NCBI GenBank assembly: GCA_012295275.1
Contig: CM022667.1
Span: forward strand, 17,856,001 to 17,920,000
DNA length: 64,000 nt
Source: Chrysomallon squamiferum
Lineage: Eukaryota; Animalia; Mollusca
Direction of reading: 5' to 3'
Positions 12,503-26,677 of the stretch are shown here, piece after piece. The position numbers and the translations under genes were made by a program. Under the pieces are notes generated by a model that saw nothing but the letters and a program-made list of their open reading frames with translations, searched no databases and had not been told where the DNA came from. Positions within the stretch are counted from its first letter, which is position 1; each line of letters opens with the position of its first letter.

Positions 12503-14914
12503 AGGACTCAAGAAATGTGATTGTTTTTCGCTGAACCGAAGGGTTTTCTAGAAAAGGAGTCTCACAGCCAAAGAAATCGTTTATTTTAGCAGTGCACTGT
12601 AAAGATAAACACGACAACTGCGAACCAAAATTCGAGTACAGTCGAAAATGAAATAACGGATTTGACGGCTTTTGGAAAAGAACCCATTCTGCCCAAAGCA
12701 CGATATTAGTTTGCTTAATAGTTATTTTTGGGTGAATTCATTGTCTTTTATTGACCATATATTGACTATGTTGGCCGTTGATTGATACAAAGAAATAACC
12801 GCAGTAACAAAATACTATATGATACAGGTGTTTCAGTATATTTATATAGAAACAGTCTCTGTACAAGACAGACAGCAAGAAGTATTAATTATCAGATGAA
12901 TATCGTACCAAAGAGAAACAGACTAAAATAATATGTAATTTCTCAAAGAACGCTGTATAAAACAGACACAAAAATGTATTTTATTGTGTATTATTAATGA
13001 ACTGAAATAATATAGAAATACTGTACGAAACAGAGACTAAGAGGTGATACTGTTACAGCGAAACGTAAATAATATGTAAAGACGTTATTATTAAACATGT
13101 ATAATATTAGTTTTTTAATGATCTACGATACAGTTATATTGCAGATAAGAGAGACCAAGGAATATGTTAACGATTTTCACAAGAAAAGTAAACAAAATGA
13201 TTATAATTTTTTATAGACATTCTTTGTCATAACAACAAAAATGTCGTTTCTGTTATTGAAAAACTCAACTACAAAAGCTGCACAAAGACCATGATATATT
13301 TTGTTCACTGTTAACAGAAATCAAAAATAATTTCGAATGTAAATACGAGCGTTTTCATTTTAACAACTGTAAGTAATATTTCAAAGAATTAGTAATATAC
13401 GAGGTGTTTTGATGTTAGTATATGTGTGTGTGTATATATATATACACATGCACACAGAAGTACTTAAAATATTTGCTAAAAATATTTTTCTATATTAAAG
13501 TGTTATTTCTTGTTTTTATAGATATTCCTCATTACGCTGTTACGTAGTCATGTTGTTAAACGATAATCATGTTTAAAACACACCAGTGGTGGCACAGTGG
13601 ATTTATTGTTCAGTGAAATGCAAACTGTATCTTTCATATTAGCTATTAAACCGTATGGGATATCACATGTATAATGTCGTTATCTTGGTGATTAATTATA
13701 AAAATCACATTTACACGATTTAAAATAATGAAAACAAAAATAAATGACGTAATTTCGTTAAAAGTAGTTGAAAGGTTTCATTTATTTAATAGTTTATATG
13801 TATTGATGTTAAAAATAATAGCAGCTGGTTAAATTCTTAGAATTATTTCTTCCGCTTCTGTTTTCTTTGTGTGTGTATGTCTCTGTTAGTATGAGAGTGC
13901 GCGCGCTAGCGCATGTGTGATTTTAAATATTTAATCAATTGTGAACATTTATTTTGAGTTTCCTCTTTATCTTCATTTCTAGATCGGAACCTGGAAGCAC
14001 TGATGTCATCATTTATAACGTCATAGTAAGTAACAACAATTACCTTGTAAGGTGAGAAAAACAAGGAATAATAGACTTCAAGTGAGTGAAGCTTATATTT
14101 CACTAGGTAGGTAAGTAGACAGGTTATCAGACAGAGAAATTCACTGATCCTCACCATCTAGTGCAGTTCAGTCAGTCACCAATGATTACCGTATAAAAAT
14201 GTCGTATGTTGTTCTGCAGTGGAGAATATGCATATACAAATATATCTTGCTGCTAATGGCAAACAAAGAAGATAAATACGTGGCACTTGAATACCTTTCT
14301 CGTTATGTATATAGTCCTTAATATTTTATATTATAATTCTTCGTTCCATTTCAGTTATTGTCTCAAGAATAATACATCAAATAATTTACTTCAGATCTAT
14401 GTATGTGTATGTGTATGATATGTACGTGTATATGTATTTATATAATATAATGTATCTATGTATCTACATACATATGTCACGTATGTCTTTATATACATGA
14501 TGTAACCTCTACAATATTACAATGTTCTGACGTGGCACAAAACAGTTATTTATCCACTGCTTCGATCCATTCACCGAACTTCTTAATTTACTGCAACAAT
14601 AAAAATAAACAAATCGAAGCTTGACTATTTCGAGTCCTGTGATTATTAACCTACATGCGGAAGGGAAGTTAGCCATTTGATAGATTATTGGCTCATTAAT
14701 AAAATAAACTCTGTAATCATCTCCCCACTACAGTTTGTATAAACAGACAACATACATAATTACTATGGGGATATCGCACTGATATGTAAAATACTGAGAT
14801 ACACTCAGATCACTGACCAAAGCGAGCCTTTAACTGAGCAAGCAGAAGAATTACGTCCTCACCGAAACAGCACCAGTACCCAGCATCCGCTATTTGTTTC
14901 AGCTAACATTGTCT

Positions 14915-15031
14915 TCATTTATTATTATTGTTATAGTGATCATCATCGACATTATCATCATCAACATCATTATCATTGTTGTTGTTGTTATTGTTATTGT
15001 TATTGTTGTTGTTCTTCTTCTTCTTCTTAGT

Positions 15032-15062
<31 letters not shown>

Positions 15063-15200
15063 TTATTATTATTATTATCGTTATTTTTTATTACAATCAA
15101 AACTATTACTTCAATCATCACCACCACCACTACTACTGCTACTGTTACTGCTACTACTACTGCTACTACTACTGCTACTACTACTACTACTACTACTAAT
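14915..15200. repeat. Compound trinucleotide microsatellite (ATT/ATC/GTT/CTT/CTA)
   Basis: Directly visible. Confidence 0.92.
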
Positions 15201-15748
15201 ACCTACTACATGTTATTGCTATTGTAATTATTGTTGCTGTTTTCATTTTATTATTATATATTTTTTTTTTTTTACTTTATTAACATTATTACTGCTATCA
15301 TCATCAACGGGTTTCATTTCTTATTATTTGTAGGTACCCATCACTTGCATATAACCACAGACTGTATTCAAATCTCTTTATTCCCACCACATAATGATGG
15401 CGCACAAATATTTTGTACGCCACTGTACACGAAAGTAAGATGAGATCTGCATTTCCTTCTTAAATTTGTTTATTCATTATTTCACTACTTCCTGTCCTGT
15501 CCTTTTAAATAAAACAGAAACAAAAAATAATTAATAAATAAACAAACAAACAAACAAACAAATTAAGAAAGAAAGAAAAAGTCCTCTGCTAAATTTTGTC
15601 AGGAGCAATGTTTTAAGAAATATGAGAGACATAATAGTAACAGCCAATAGTTTTATATCCTAAGAGTTCACCGTTTGATTCTGTGAAATATTAAACTTCT
15701 TTTTGTAAATATTTCTCTAATTTATGTTCCTTTAATGTTTCTCTGATC

Positions 15749-15788
15749 ATTAGCAAGCCATTATGATCAAAATATAGTATGTTTGTAA

Positions 15789-15851
<63 letters not shown>

Positions 15852-16176
15852 TATATATATACACAAACATACATATTCATACACATTCATATGCATACAT
15901 ACACCCAGGTTTAATGTACTAGGCAGTATGAATCAATGAATGATGATTTATTAACGAATATGTTATTTTAACCTTATCAAAAGAACAGTCTTCTATATAA
16001 ATGTTAAGCAGTGCTGACTGGAACGGGAAATATCTTATTTGGTTTCTGTCATGTGTATGGAATAATAATGACTGTTTTTATTATGGTAAATTAATTAATT
16101 TTTATTTTAAATTTTATATTTATATTTTTAACATGATTCTTTACATACCATATTTTGATCATAATGGCTTGCTAAT
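15749..16176. repeat. 34-bp inverted repeat with a ~360-bp spacer
   Basis: ATTAGCAAGCCATTATGATCAAAATATAGTATGT (15749-15782) versus ACATACCATATTTTGATCATAATGGCTTGCTAAT (16143-16176), with one mismatch. Confidence 0.9.
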
Positions 16177-16758
16177 TAAATCTAATGATCATGTTCTTGA
16201 CCTTTCCATTTCAAGGTCATCAAAAAGAGCGATTGATCCAATAATCGGACCGCGATGTCAAAGTCTCGTAAAGAGCTGAAAGGACTGTCGTTACAAACAC
16301 ATTACTTCTCTCACCCCGCTACTAATGCTTATTTTTATTATTTTATTAATTTACAGTAGGCAATCCTGCTGTTTTCACATTCATTTTCAATATCCGGTAC
16401 CTTTCACACTGTGTGCAGCCTCAAGCTGATTAAACAAAAGGCCGATCCATCGTTAAATATCCATTCTATTCCTTCCTTCCTGCTAGTCGTAGAAAAGGAG
16501 ATGATGGTACTGTCTACACTTACAACTCTGACACATGGTGTAGGTGTTTACCATTCGATAAGTATTGAAAAGAATGTTAGGAGTTCTGAAAGTTGATAAA
16601 TATAGATATTGTAAATATAATATCTAAAACTAATAATAATAAAAAATATATTTTTTGGAGGAGATCAATAGAAAACTAATACTTTTCTTTATTTGTATAA
16701 AAAGCCAGAAAGAAGTTATATACATACAAAAAGACAGACTGACACGCAAAGAAGCAAA

Positions 16759-17093
16759 CATACATACATACGTTTACATGCATCATACATTCATACATAC
16801 ATACATACATACATACATACATACATACACATACATACATAAACATAAATATATACGTACGTACATACATACATACATAAACAAAATATATATGTACGTA
16901 CATACATACATACATTCATACATACATACATACAGACATAAATATATACGTACGTACATAAATACATACATACATACATAAAAAAAATATATACGTTCAT
17001 ACATACATACATACATACATACATACATACATACATACATACGTACGTACGTACGTACATACATACATACATACATAAATATATACGTACGTA
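16759..17093. repeat. (TACA)n / (TACG)n tetranucleotide repeat
   Basis: Directly visible. Confidence 0.93.
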
Positions 17094-17744
17094 TCTTCCC
17101 CTTTCATGAAATACTGAACAGAACTGCTGTCGAGTCGTGGACACCTTGCTAGGTCAGGAATAATTATAATTATAAGAAGATCGTAAGTACCTTGAAAAGG
17201 GATGAATAAATAAAAACCTTTTTCTTGTGATGTTTCTGGAATCGCGAGTAGATGATTAATGGAACTGAAATAACACACACAAAACACACTAATGTATCCT
17301 AGCTTCAAAACATTTTAACAAGCTTTGTAATAAGTTTCTGATTTTAATCTTAACCAGGACGTAACTATGCACGTTATTTTGTGACAGTTTTTGTCTAATG
17401 TTTTTGAGGAAATTACACTGTAGACGGCACAATATGATCCTTGTTTTGTGGATATAATACGTGAAGAACTCATTTCGCTTAATAACAGTCTGCACTGTTT
17501 GCCGTTATCGAATAATAGACGAGAAAAGTAGCTAATGATTAAGAAAATATCTATACTAGTTGGGCAAAATAGGTAAATACCTATTAGCAAAACAAACAAT
17601 GTTCAAATGATTATCTTTTTGGGAATATAACAAGTTCTGAATTAAAAGACACTGACAAACATAACAACACACATATTCAGAAGCAAGACTGGTCGTTTAT
17701 AGAATATATATGTGTGTAGGCATATTTATGTTACATATATATAG

Positions 17745-17927
<183 letters not shown>

Positions 17928-20900
17928 AATCATGCACTATGTGCGCATGAGAATTATTTTCCTGTGACCGGTTGTGTGTATACAATTTCCTGCCTATTGA
18001 AGATGGGTATAAAAGATCCTTTGAAGCTAATTAATACTTGTAAAAACTGTCGACTGGCTTGTCGATTTATATTAGAGACTGTGAACTACCGTCTAGAGTT
18101 TTGTCTCCGCTTTTTTCTGTAGAGTTCCTCGTGCTGCCTGTGGTCTGACAGCTGTGTTAAATCAACGAACGGTTTTCTGATACTTAACAGCACATTAATT
18201 CACGGATTAAGATTATTAAGATCAAATATTAAATATTTCTTGAAAAATGTCTGAAATGCATTGTTTGATATGCAAAGAAATGTATTAGCGAAGAAGGAAT
18301 GTAATATAAAGCTTTATTAAGATACCAAACACGTGAACTCATGATAAACACATTCGCGTTTATGATGACTCGTTTTCAGTGAATTAGTTAATTTTCAGAT
18401 TATTCCTATACTATATTACTAAAATTATTAAAACATATGAATTCAGGTGAGTTTTTCTTTCTATAGATAAACTACATACCAATATGTCTGGCCCACTTGG
18501 AAAAGGTTTCTCCTCACCAACTTGATTCTCCACTCAAAGAAAAGTTGCAGTTAGTTCCTTTTGAAATGACGGACGGCTGATAAACTGTTTTTGTTTCCAG
18601 TTTTGTATCGGTCATATTGAATTCTGCATCATCCGTATTTACATGCCAGAGTCCTATAACTTATTTAACTATATATTTTTATAACTGAATCTTAATGCAC
18701 AAAAAAATTAATCTTTAAATGAATGACTTTAAATGCCAAACAGATGAGGCTTCCTGTAAGAGACAAACTTACTTAATTTATGTATCACCAACCTTTTCAC
18801 TGGTAAATTATCAGTATTACCTCATCGTATCCACTCCTTGGCAAAATCATGACACCGCAACAAAAATATAACTTATTATGAGCGATGATAAATATCAAAA
18901 TGGTAGCTTTTCTTCTTCTTTCTTTATTATTATTATTTTTTTACTAGTGATAGACAATGATAGGTAAACCTATGTGTAATTTGGAAGAGAAGTAGAAGTT
19001 AAATCTGCAATTTATTTTATTTGTTTTACTATTAATGCTGTTATTATTATTACTGTTGTTATTATTTATTATTATTAATATATTTACTTACCAACTTTTT
19101 CCATTCATATATATAAATTATGGTTTTTTGTTGTTTTGTCTTTGTTGTTTTTTATATAAACGACAATAAATTCTTTACTGAAATAACCGTTTTATTTTTA
19201 TTTCTTTGAACATACTGGGTCAAAAGATAAAGATACAAAATTTTATAAACTAAAAAAGGCGAAAGGAAAAAGAGGAGACAAAAAAGAAAAACAAAAACTG
19301 GACTTTTTAACTCGGTGAACATTTCTGTAAAAGAATAACAATTCAAAAGCGATAATAGAAAACTCAAATTATTAATAACTTTTTTCTAAATAATAATAAT
19401 AATAAGAATTACAAACGATAAAATAAATAAGCTTAGACAGCAAGCAAAATAGCTTCAGTATTGGTCTAATACTCATTTAATGAGACGGCAAACTTAGATA
19501 AGATTTTGCAAAAAAGCCTTTTCTTCATTATTTCTAATTTTTAAAGTTCGTCGGTACACTTCCTCGTTTTAAAAAAAAATGTCCATGGCCGTATCTAGAC
19601 TTTCTGAAATATGGCAAAAACACTTAATCACGTATATTTCATAAATAAAATCTGTGTGTGTGTGTGTGTGTACACACATTGATATATATCAATCATCAAT
19701 TTCGGAATGAGGCATTTGCCTCAAAATAGTTACGGACACGTTGTCTGCGAGTGAATTAAAATGAATAACGACGGGACCATGGTGCCAGAATTATGAACCA
19801 AGACAGATTAGATACAAACACGAAACAGGTTTCTTGACCTGTAAAATATGCTAATTACAATATTTACATGCACATATATATGTAATAATATGCAATGTCG
19901 AAATTTGAACCATTTATTGATTTATAGACTCAGCCTTTCTTCGTATTTGTCTTTCATCTGACTAAACAAACTACATACTGGTGGAGATCTAATAGCTTAG
20001 TGTAGGATGTGAATGAAATATGAGAGGATATTCTTCATGGATGGACGTATGTAATATCATAAACAAAGTCTAAATGTAAATGAAGAGTCTGCCATGACTG
20101 TCACATTTTTTTTTTATCATACCATAAAAATAAATTAAACATCATTAGTGAAGGTGAAGGTAATCTCGCGCTTTAAATTTATGCATTCGTATTAGATGTT
20201 TTACTGACGATATTGTTTTGTTCAAATAATAATAATAATAATATGAATTAATAAAATAATTAATAAGTAACAAAAAAATTATAAATTAAAAATACGGAGC
20301 TCATTTTGGCTTATTAAATTAACCAGTTTTCCACATCCTGACTGACCCCGATGACAAACCGGTGTAATATGTTTATTGTCATTTCTGGCATGTGGAAGTA
20401 CTGTGCGACTTACCTCTCTCGTATTAGAAGAATACAGTTTTATACCCGTTAAAAAAAGATTGTCGGCAGATACAACAGAATGGAAAAATTGGTTAACTTG
20501 ACACGCCCAAGTGAGATTTTGATAGTACTGGCTTACCTCCGCAGATTTTCAAGTTTTATTTGATGAAAATGAGGCTCTCAGGGTCATAATTATTTTTTTG
20601 GATGCTGTGTTTTATTAAATTTGTCCTTATCTGGATACATCGCTGTTTAATTTGTTGTTTTGTTTGTTGTGGTTGTTGTTATTGTTTTTGTTTTTTTAAT
20701 TATAACTCAACTTTCGACATTGCAGTCTCTTGTTTAAAAAAAGACAAATAAAAAATATAAGGGAAAACTATACATATCAATGACGGAAAAAATATTTTTG
20801 TGCTTCTTAGTAAACGTGAATGGTTTTCTATTATGAAACATTTAAAAATAAAAATGATTATTGTGGGACGTCATAAGTTTGGATCAATTATTTTGACCTA

Positions 20901-22431
20901 GGTACATAAAAAATACTACTTGGAAAATAATACTAAAAACAGCAGAAAAATGCACTTTCCGTTATAAAATAATAACAATTTAAAAAAATTAGCTAAATAA
21001 AAAAATTAAAAATCAAGAGACCTTTTTTTCAAAAATAAACATTTTTCACTATTACAACACAAAACGCAATTAATTAACGTATTCTGCATCTTCAACATCT
21101 GAAGTTTCGTATCATCTTTCGATTATTGCTGTTATTTATCTTCCTTCAGAGACTATTTAACTTCTTGCCGTTTTTATATCATTGCTCGTCTCAGTTTGTT
21201 TTCTAATGTAAATGCGAATTTTACATTAACGTGTTCCATTTAGTTCTTCATTCATCGCTTTCTTGTCTCTGAAGTTGATTTCGATCTTCTCTTTCCACTT
21301 CAAAACAGTTATCTTTCGTTTTCAAAATTATTTTTAAAGTTTACACATGCGAGAAAAATGAATTTGTGTAGTCATAATATAAGATCTTCAATCTCTGGAC
21401 GATTCGATTAAAATTATCAATACTTTTGACAGTCTGCTTTAAGTCGTAAACTATCTGGTTTTAGAAGAACTCTTGAATGTACAGCTCAGATTACTATAAA
21501 TGTCCTGCTTTTTCATTTTTCTCTTTTTTGTGCATAAATCTTTCCTTCCAAATTAATTAACTGTAAGGTTCCTTTTTAGAAGATCTGTAAATGAGAAGGG
21601 ATAAAAGGAAATTTTAAAATCGAGTGCCTTCTGACACTTATATCGTTGAAAAAAAAAAAAAAAAAATATCCAAACATGATAAACAATATACTAATACATT
21701 ATTGTAAAACAGTATTTGGCTCAAACCTTCTAATGCACTATTAATATAGTAATTTTATGGCGCTTAACGGCGTGTCGAAATCCTTAAAATAAAATAACAA
21801 TTTAGATCCAGCACTGTCTAATGAAGATAAACTATTTTGAGATTACTGTTGAGTTAATAGAGTAGTTTAGAAAACAAAAATAAGTAACAAAGCTGTTTAT
21901 GGATACACGGAATTTGTACTAAGAAAGAGTACTCTTATTGGTGGCTACATTCAGCATCTATTACTGTAAAAATTCGTCATTATCTCTGAAATCGAAGATC
22001 CGATAATATTTACATTACCAGTAAGGTGTATTAATTGAGCGAATTCACTATGGTGATAAAGCTTACACATGCGCATCAGCTGGTTCAGGTCTTGCTGAAG
22101 AATTGTTTCCTAACTCGACTCGGACATTATTATGATGGTGATGTTTATTTGACATTATTAAGCACGAGTTTTCTTACAAGTAATGAAATGCCGAATTTTG
22201 TATTAAGTTTTGAAATATAAATATAAGTTGGGAATTATATAATTTTGAATCATGAACGCACGAACAGACAACGATCCACAATCACACACAGAGACAGAAT
22301 ACTGTTAAATTTTTAACAAACGTTTGTGTAATGTTTGTGACACGTGTGTCACAAACGGATTTTAGACTAATTACAAACAGCAGTCAAATCTTTTCAAGTT
22401 TAAAATCAGCTTTAATTTAGCACTTTTTAAT

Positions 22432-23080
22432 ACGCTGTGCCAAATAAGTTTAGCAATTACGTACACGATATGAAATGCAGACATCCCGATTGGATGTTGA
22501 ATTTATTTGTACACATTCTTTCACTGATACAGCACTTTTCTTAATGTAGCCAGCAGTAACACGTTGTCACGGTGTCAGCGTCGTTACGTTGTCAACTGAT
22601 GAAACGGACGTGTACATCTACCAAAATGGCGAGAGAGGCTCAATAATGTGTGTGCGTGCACCATCTGCACAGACGACATCGTCGTCTCATACTTCTAATG
22701 AGAGCATTATCTCAGGAATAGTAATTGCGTTCCGTTCGCGGTTCAGAGAAATGTGTAGGTCATGTTGAAACAGAACGCCAAGATGCTGCTGCACTGGTGC
22801 AAAGATGGCAGCGTCATGGCATGGGCCGACATTCATGGTGGAGATGGAGGTAATACAGATCTCGTTTTCATTCTCGAGAACATGACTGCTCAACGTTACT
22901 GCGACGAGATTTCTCCCTGTCGCCTCCATACACGACGCCTGCCATCCGCAAACGAAAGACTAAACATGGATTCGTCTGCGAATAATGTCCGATCCCATTT
23001 TCTGCGACGCCAGCTACATTGGTCCTTTCTGGTGTATTCTGGCCCATCTCAGACATTCCTGAATGTGAGGATAACAGCTA
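22432..23080 (+). mobile_element. Decayed Tc1-like transposon fragment (catalytic DDE region)
   Basis: GSVMAWADIHGGDGGNTDLVFILENMTAQRYCDEI resembles the Tc1 motif GGSVMVWG...TDLVFI.GNLTAQRY.DEIL. It is frameshifted and truncated, and the boundaries are approximate. Confidence 0.7.
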
Positions 23081-23083
23081 CAA

Positions 23084-23331
23084 CAGGGCGACGCAATGGC
23101 GTGCAGAGGTGAGGGCCGAAGGGGCTGTGGCACCGGGCATCCAAATGTGTGGGCTTCCAATCAGAGAAAAGAACTTAATAAATTTGGTTGATTTATATTT
23201 AAATCTAGTAGTGTTTATTTTATGTTTTATTTGTGTTTACATATTCAGAATATCTTCCTTTCTCATAATTTGTCTCAGTACCAGCTGGGGCATACAATGA
23301 AGGAGTTGGTCCCGGGCACCACCAGACGTGC
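23084..23331. mobile_element. Possible small non-autonomous DNA element between the two Tc1 fragments
   Basis: GC-rich ends with a repeated CCGGGCAYC motif surround an AT-rich core. No clear TIR or TSD pair was identified. Confidence 0.35.
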
Positions 23332-23856
23332 TTATAATCCAGCAGCACTGAGACGGTTACGGATAGTTTGAGCATGAATTCTAGTGCCTGTGGTTTGCTG
23401 CAAAGTTCGGGCTAAACGTGGAGCACTTTCGAACCTGTGACCGCGGGATGTCCCTAAATACCTATCTTCCTTTGGAGTAGTTAATCGTGGTCTACCATAA
23501 CGTGGTCGATCTCGCACTTGCCCAGTTTGGAGCACGCGTTGTCGGAGTCCTGATTTGGTACTGTCATGAACACGAAAGTACTCAGCGACCTCGTGTCCGT
23601 TTTGACCAGCCTTAAGCAGTCCCACTGGTCAGCGAACCATTATAATAGGATGAATTCTTCCTTTTGTTTTTGGATAATGTTGGTTTAGTGCATCAAAATT
23701 AGATTTCAATACATCTGTATTGCACGTGCTTCTGCAACAGCACGAGCGCATCGCGTTTGCACATAGCAAAATGACAAACGGTGTTCTTTTCATTACCCAA
23801 AGCGACAGGGAATATGCAACTAACACTTTATTTTAATTTATTTGGAAGCAACAGTC
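23332..23856 (-). mobile_element. Decayed Tc1-like transposon 5' fragment (paired-like HTH region)
   Basis: ORF 23625-23332 reads GLLKAGQNGHEVAEYFRVHDST...TGQVRDRPRYGRPRLTTPKEDRYL...IHAQTIRNRL, with the GRPR motif typical of Tc1 transposases. No catalytic domain follows on this strand. Confidence 0.85.
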
Positions 23857-24095
23857 ACTTACAGAAACTTGGTTTAGTATATTTTTTGATAATTTTTATT
23901 TATTATTATTATTTTTTTAATATGTTTATCAGTTACAAAAAAAGCCGTCGTAAACCAAGCTGAACAGATCTGATTTATCCATTTCAGGAGCCAGCTTAGC
24001 GAACTGTAAATACAATGCCATTGTGACAGGCGTTTCTATAGTTCACTGGTAAAATGCACGTATACAGATATTGTATGTAAAGATTGCATTTAATA

Positions 24096-24163
<68 letters not shown>

Positions 24164-26626
24164 CATGCATCTTGCGAAATTATTGAATAAATGTGTAGAA
24201 TTTCTCCATTCATGCAAACTTATGATACTGGTCAATACTTTTGTAAAAATCTATTATGCATGACTGGAACTTATCAGTGCATTTTATATCGAATACAAAC
24301 TTTTTAAGGTCCCATCAATTAATCAGTTATCTTCTCTTTCGCTCAACAGCTCTCACAAACACACGTAAAGATAAAAACGCGCGCACCCATGCACAGACAC
24401 ACACCCACTGCATATAACCAAGAAATCAGAAACTTACATGACGAGCAATTATTACAAATTACGCATTCATCAAAATATTGTGTCAAAATTATTTCCATTT
24501 TGTTTTAGGTTCCTTAACTTTATTTCCACAACCGACAGCAGGATAGGCTTTGTGCAGAATACATTCGCCGGTAGACACTTCGTTCCGATTATTTACACGG
24601 GTAATTCTAATATGGTTTTGTGTAACAAAAAACTTTCTCTTTCATTTATTGTTTTAGATAAGCAGGCTATATTATTTCTCTGTAAATGATTTCTGAAACA
24701 TCCAGCAACCTTGCAGTTTAAATATTTTGTTTTTGTTAAAAGTATTCTCGTTGATTTCTTTTTAACAGAAAAAATACACATAAATATATGAAAATATATG
24801 TACGCTCGCACAAATAACGCAACATCATATTCAAGGTATTCGCATACTTCATTTTAAGCCGTTTTGTATTAGTATTTATATATGATGTTGCCGTTTACCC
24901 TTTCACCTAATCCAGTTAAATGTTGGAAACAGTTTAAAGATACAGAGACTATTAAAGAAACTAACATCACGAAGGAACTAAATAAATAAATGTTATAAAA
25001 AGAAATAATTAATGTCCGATACCGTTTTCTTCCTATTAAGTTTTAATGTAATGGCTTATGGTCACTGTGCTTCAAACTTCAAAGATATTTATTGTTAATT
25101 TGCAGTAGCTAATTATTAATGTAACATACCTAAATAAGTTATTTAGTTTAGTTTATTGTAACTACATTTTGAATACACATAACAGGGGGGGGTTGGGGGG
25201 GTCCTATTTATAATTGTAATGGCTAAAGTGAAACTTTTAAATACATCATTTATTATTAATCAGGCTCTCTGTCCTAGAGCACACTCAAACACATGGACAC
25301 GAACGCGCACAGTCACACACACCCCTGTAATCAAATACTGATTTTGTTATGGAATATATCTTACATAAAGCTAGTACGTAAATAAATTCGTTTTAGTACA
25401 GATTAAAAACCCATGTAACAAACAGTTCTAAACGCTATTACGTAACAAAATCAATAGCTTAAAACAGAGAACAGAAACGGAACTCATCATCAATTAAGGG
25501 AACTACTGGGACGGAAAACGTTGATGTTAACAAAACAAATTTCCGTCTTAAGAGTTAATTTGTGCTGGCATTAAGTTTCATTTACCAGACAGCAGCAGAC
25601 CGTCCTTGGCATCAATCGCTTCTGATGTTAGAAGAGATATGATCTAATTAATGGAGTCGATTACAAGACCACTCAATTAATCTGCAGTGGTGATCAATAG
25701 CTTTTCGATTTGTTTTGGAGGAGAAATAAGAGTCAATAAAGAATGATCCGAATGCACCAAACTGTTTCGGAACCCAGAGAAATAATGGGCACCGAATGAT
25801 TATCTTCCGAGACAATAAAAAGTGGGTTAATATGGAACGATTGAAAATGTCTGAATTGCACTAGTTTTAGAACTTGATTAGTATTCATTAGCGTGAATAC
25901 TGTTCATCCCTGAAAAAGTTTAGAGAAACGTCAATTACGTCCATATATTAAAAAAATAATTATTATTATCTTAAAATGTCTGGCAGATTCCTGAAGTTTA
26001 CACAGGCATTTATATTAATATCATAACGTATCAACTGCAGCAACGTTATAAAAATACCAGAATTATACAGGTAAACTATTTTATCCTGAATGTTCCACGA
26101 GTAGATTAGATTTTAGTTTCGGTTTCTGCCAAACTAAAACTGTAGGCTAAACATCAAGAATAAGAAAAAGCAAGAGAAAAACAATATAATAATTAAATTT
26201 GTTCAAAGACAGATTTCAGGCAGATTCTAATCTTCCAATGAATTTAAGGACAAGACGATGGCATGCTGTCACACGACCGACAGTGTTGATTTATTTTGTG
26301 AACTTGATTCATTTTTCATCTATGAGTTTGTAAATGAGACATTTAACATTATTGTTAAGCATATACGTCTAAACTTAAAGGGTTAATTTTGTGCAATGAT
26401 ACAGCAGTCATGATTTAATTTTAGAAAACCCCTCTAGAAATAAAAAGTATTTATATTTTTATCAGTTTTGTGTTAGTATGTGAACACGAAATTAAAGACA
26501 ATAATAAATGTAATCAGTATCTAGTGATAACAAAAATAATTTAAAAAAAAAGTGATTTATAATGTAAATTAACGAATAAACAGAAATGAAACGATTCCAG
26601 ACTTATTTCGTCAAATCTGAACGTAA

Positions 26627-26677
<51 letters not shown>

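Noticed and set aside
24510-24530. Perfect U12 branch consensus TTCCTTAAC followed by AC
   Set aside because: I found no matching ATATCCTT/GTATCCTT donor upstream and no coding context.
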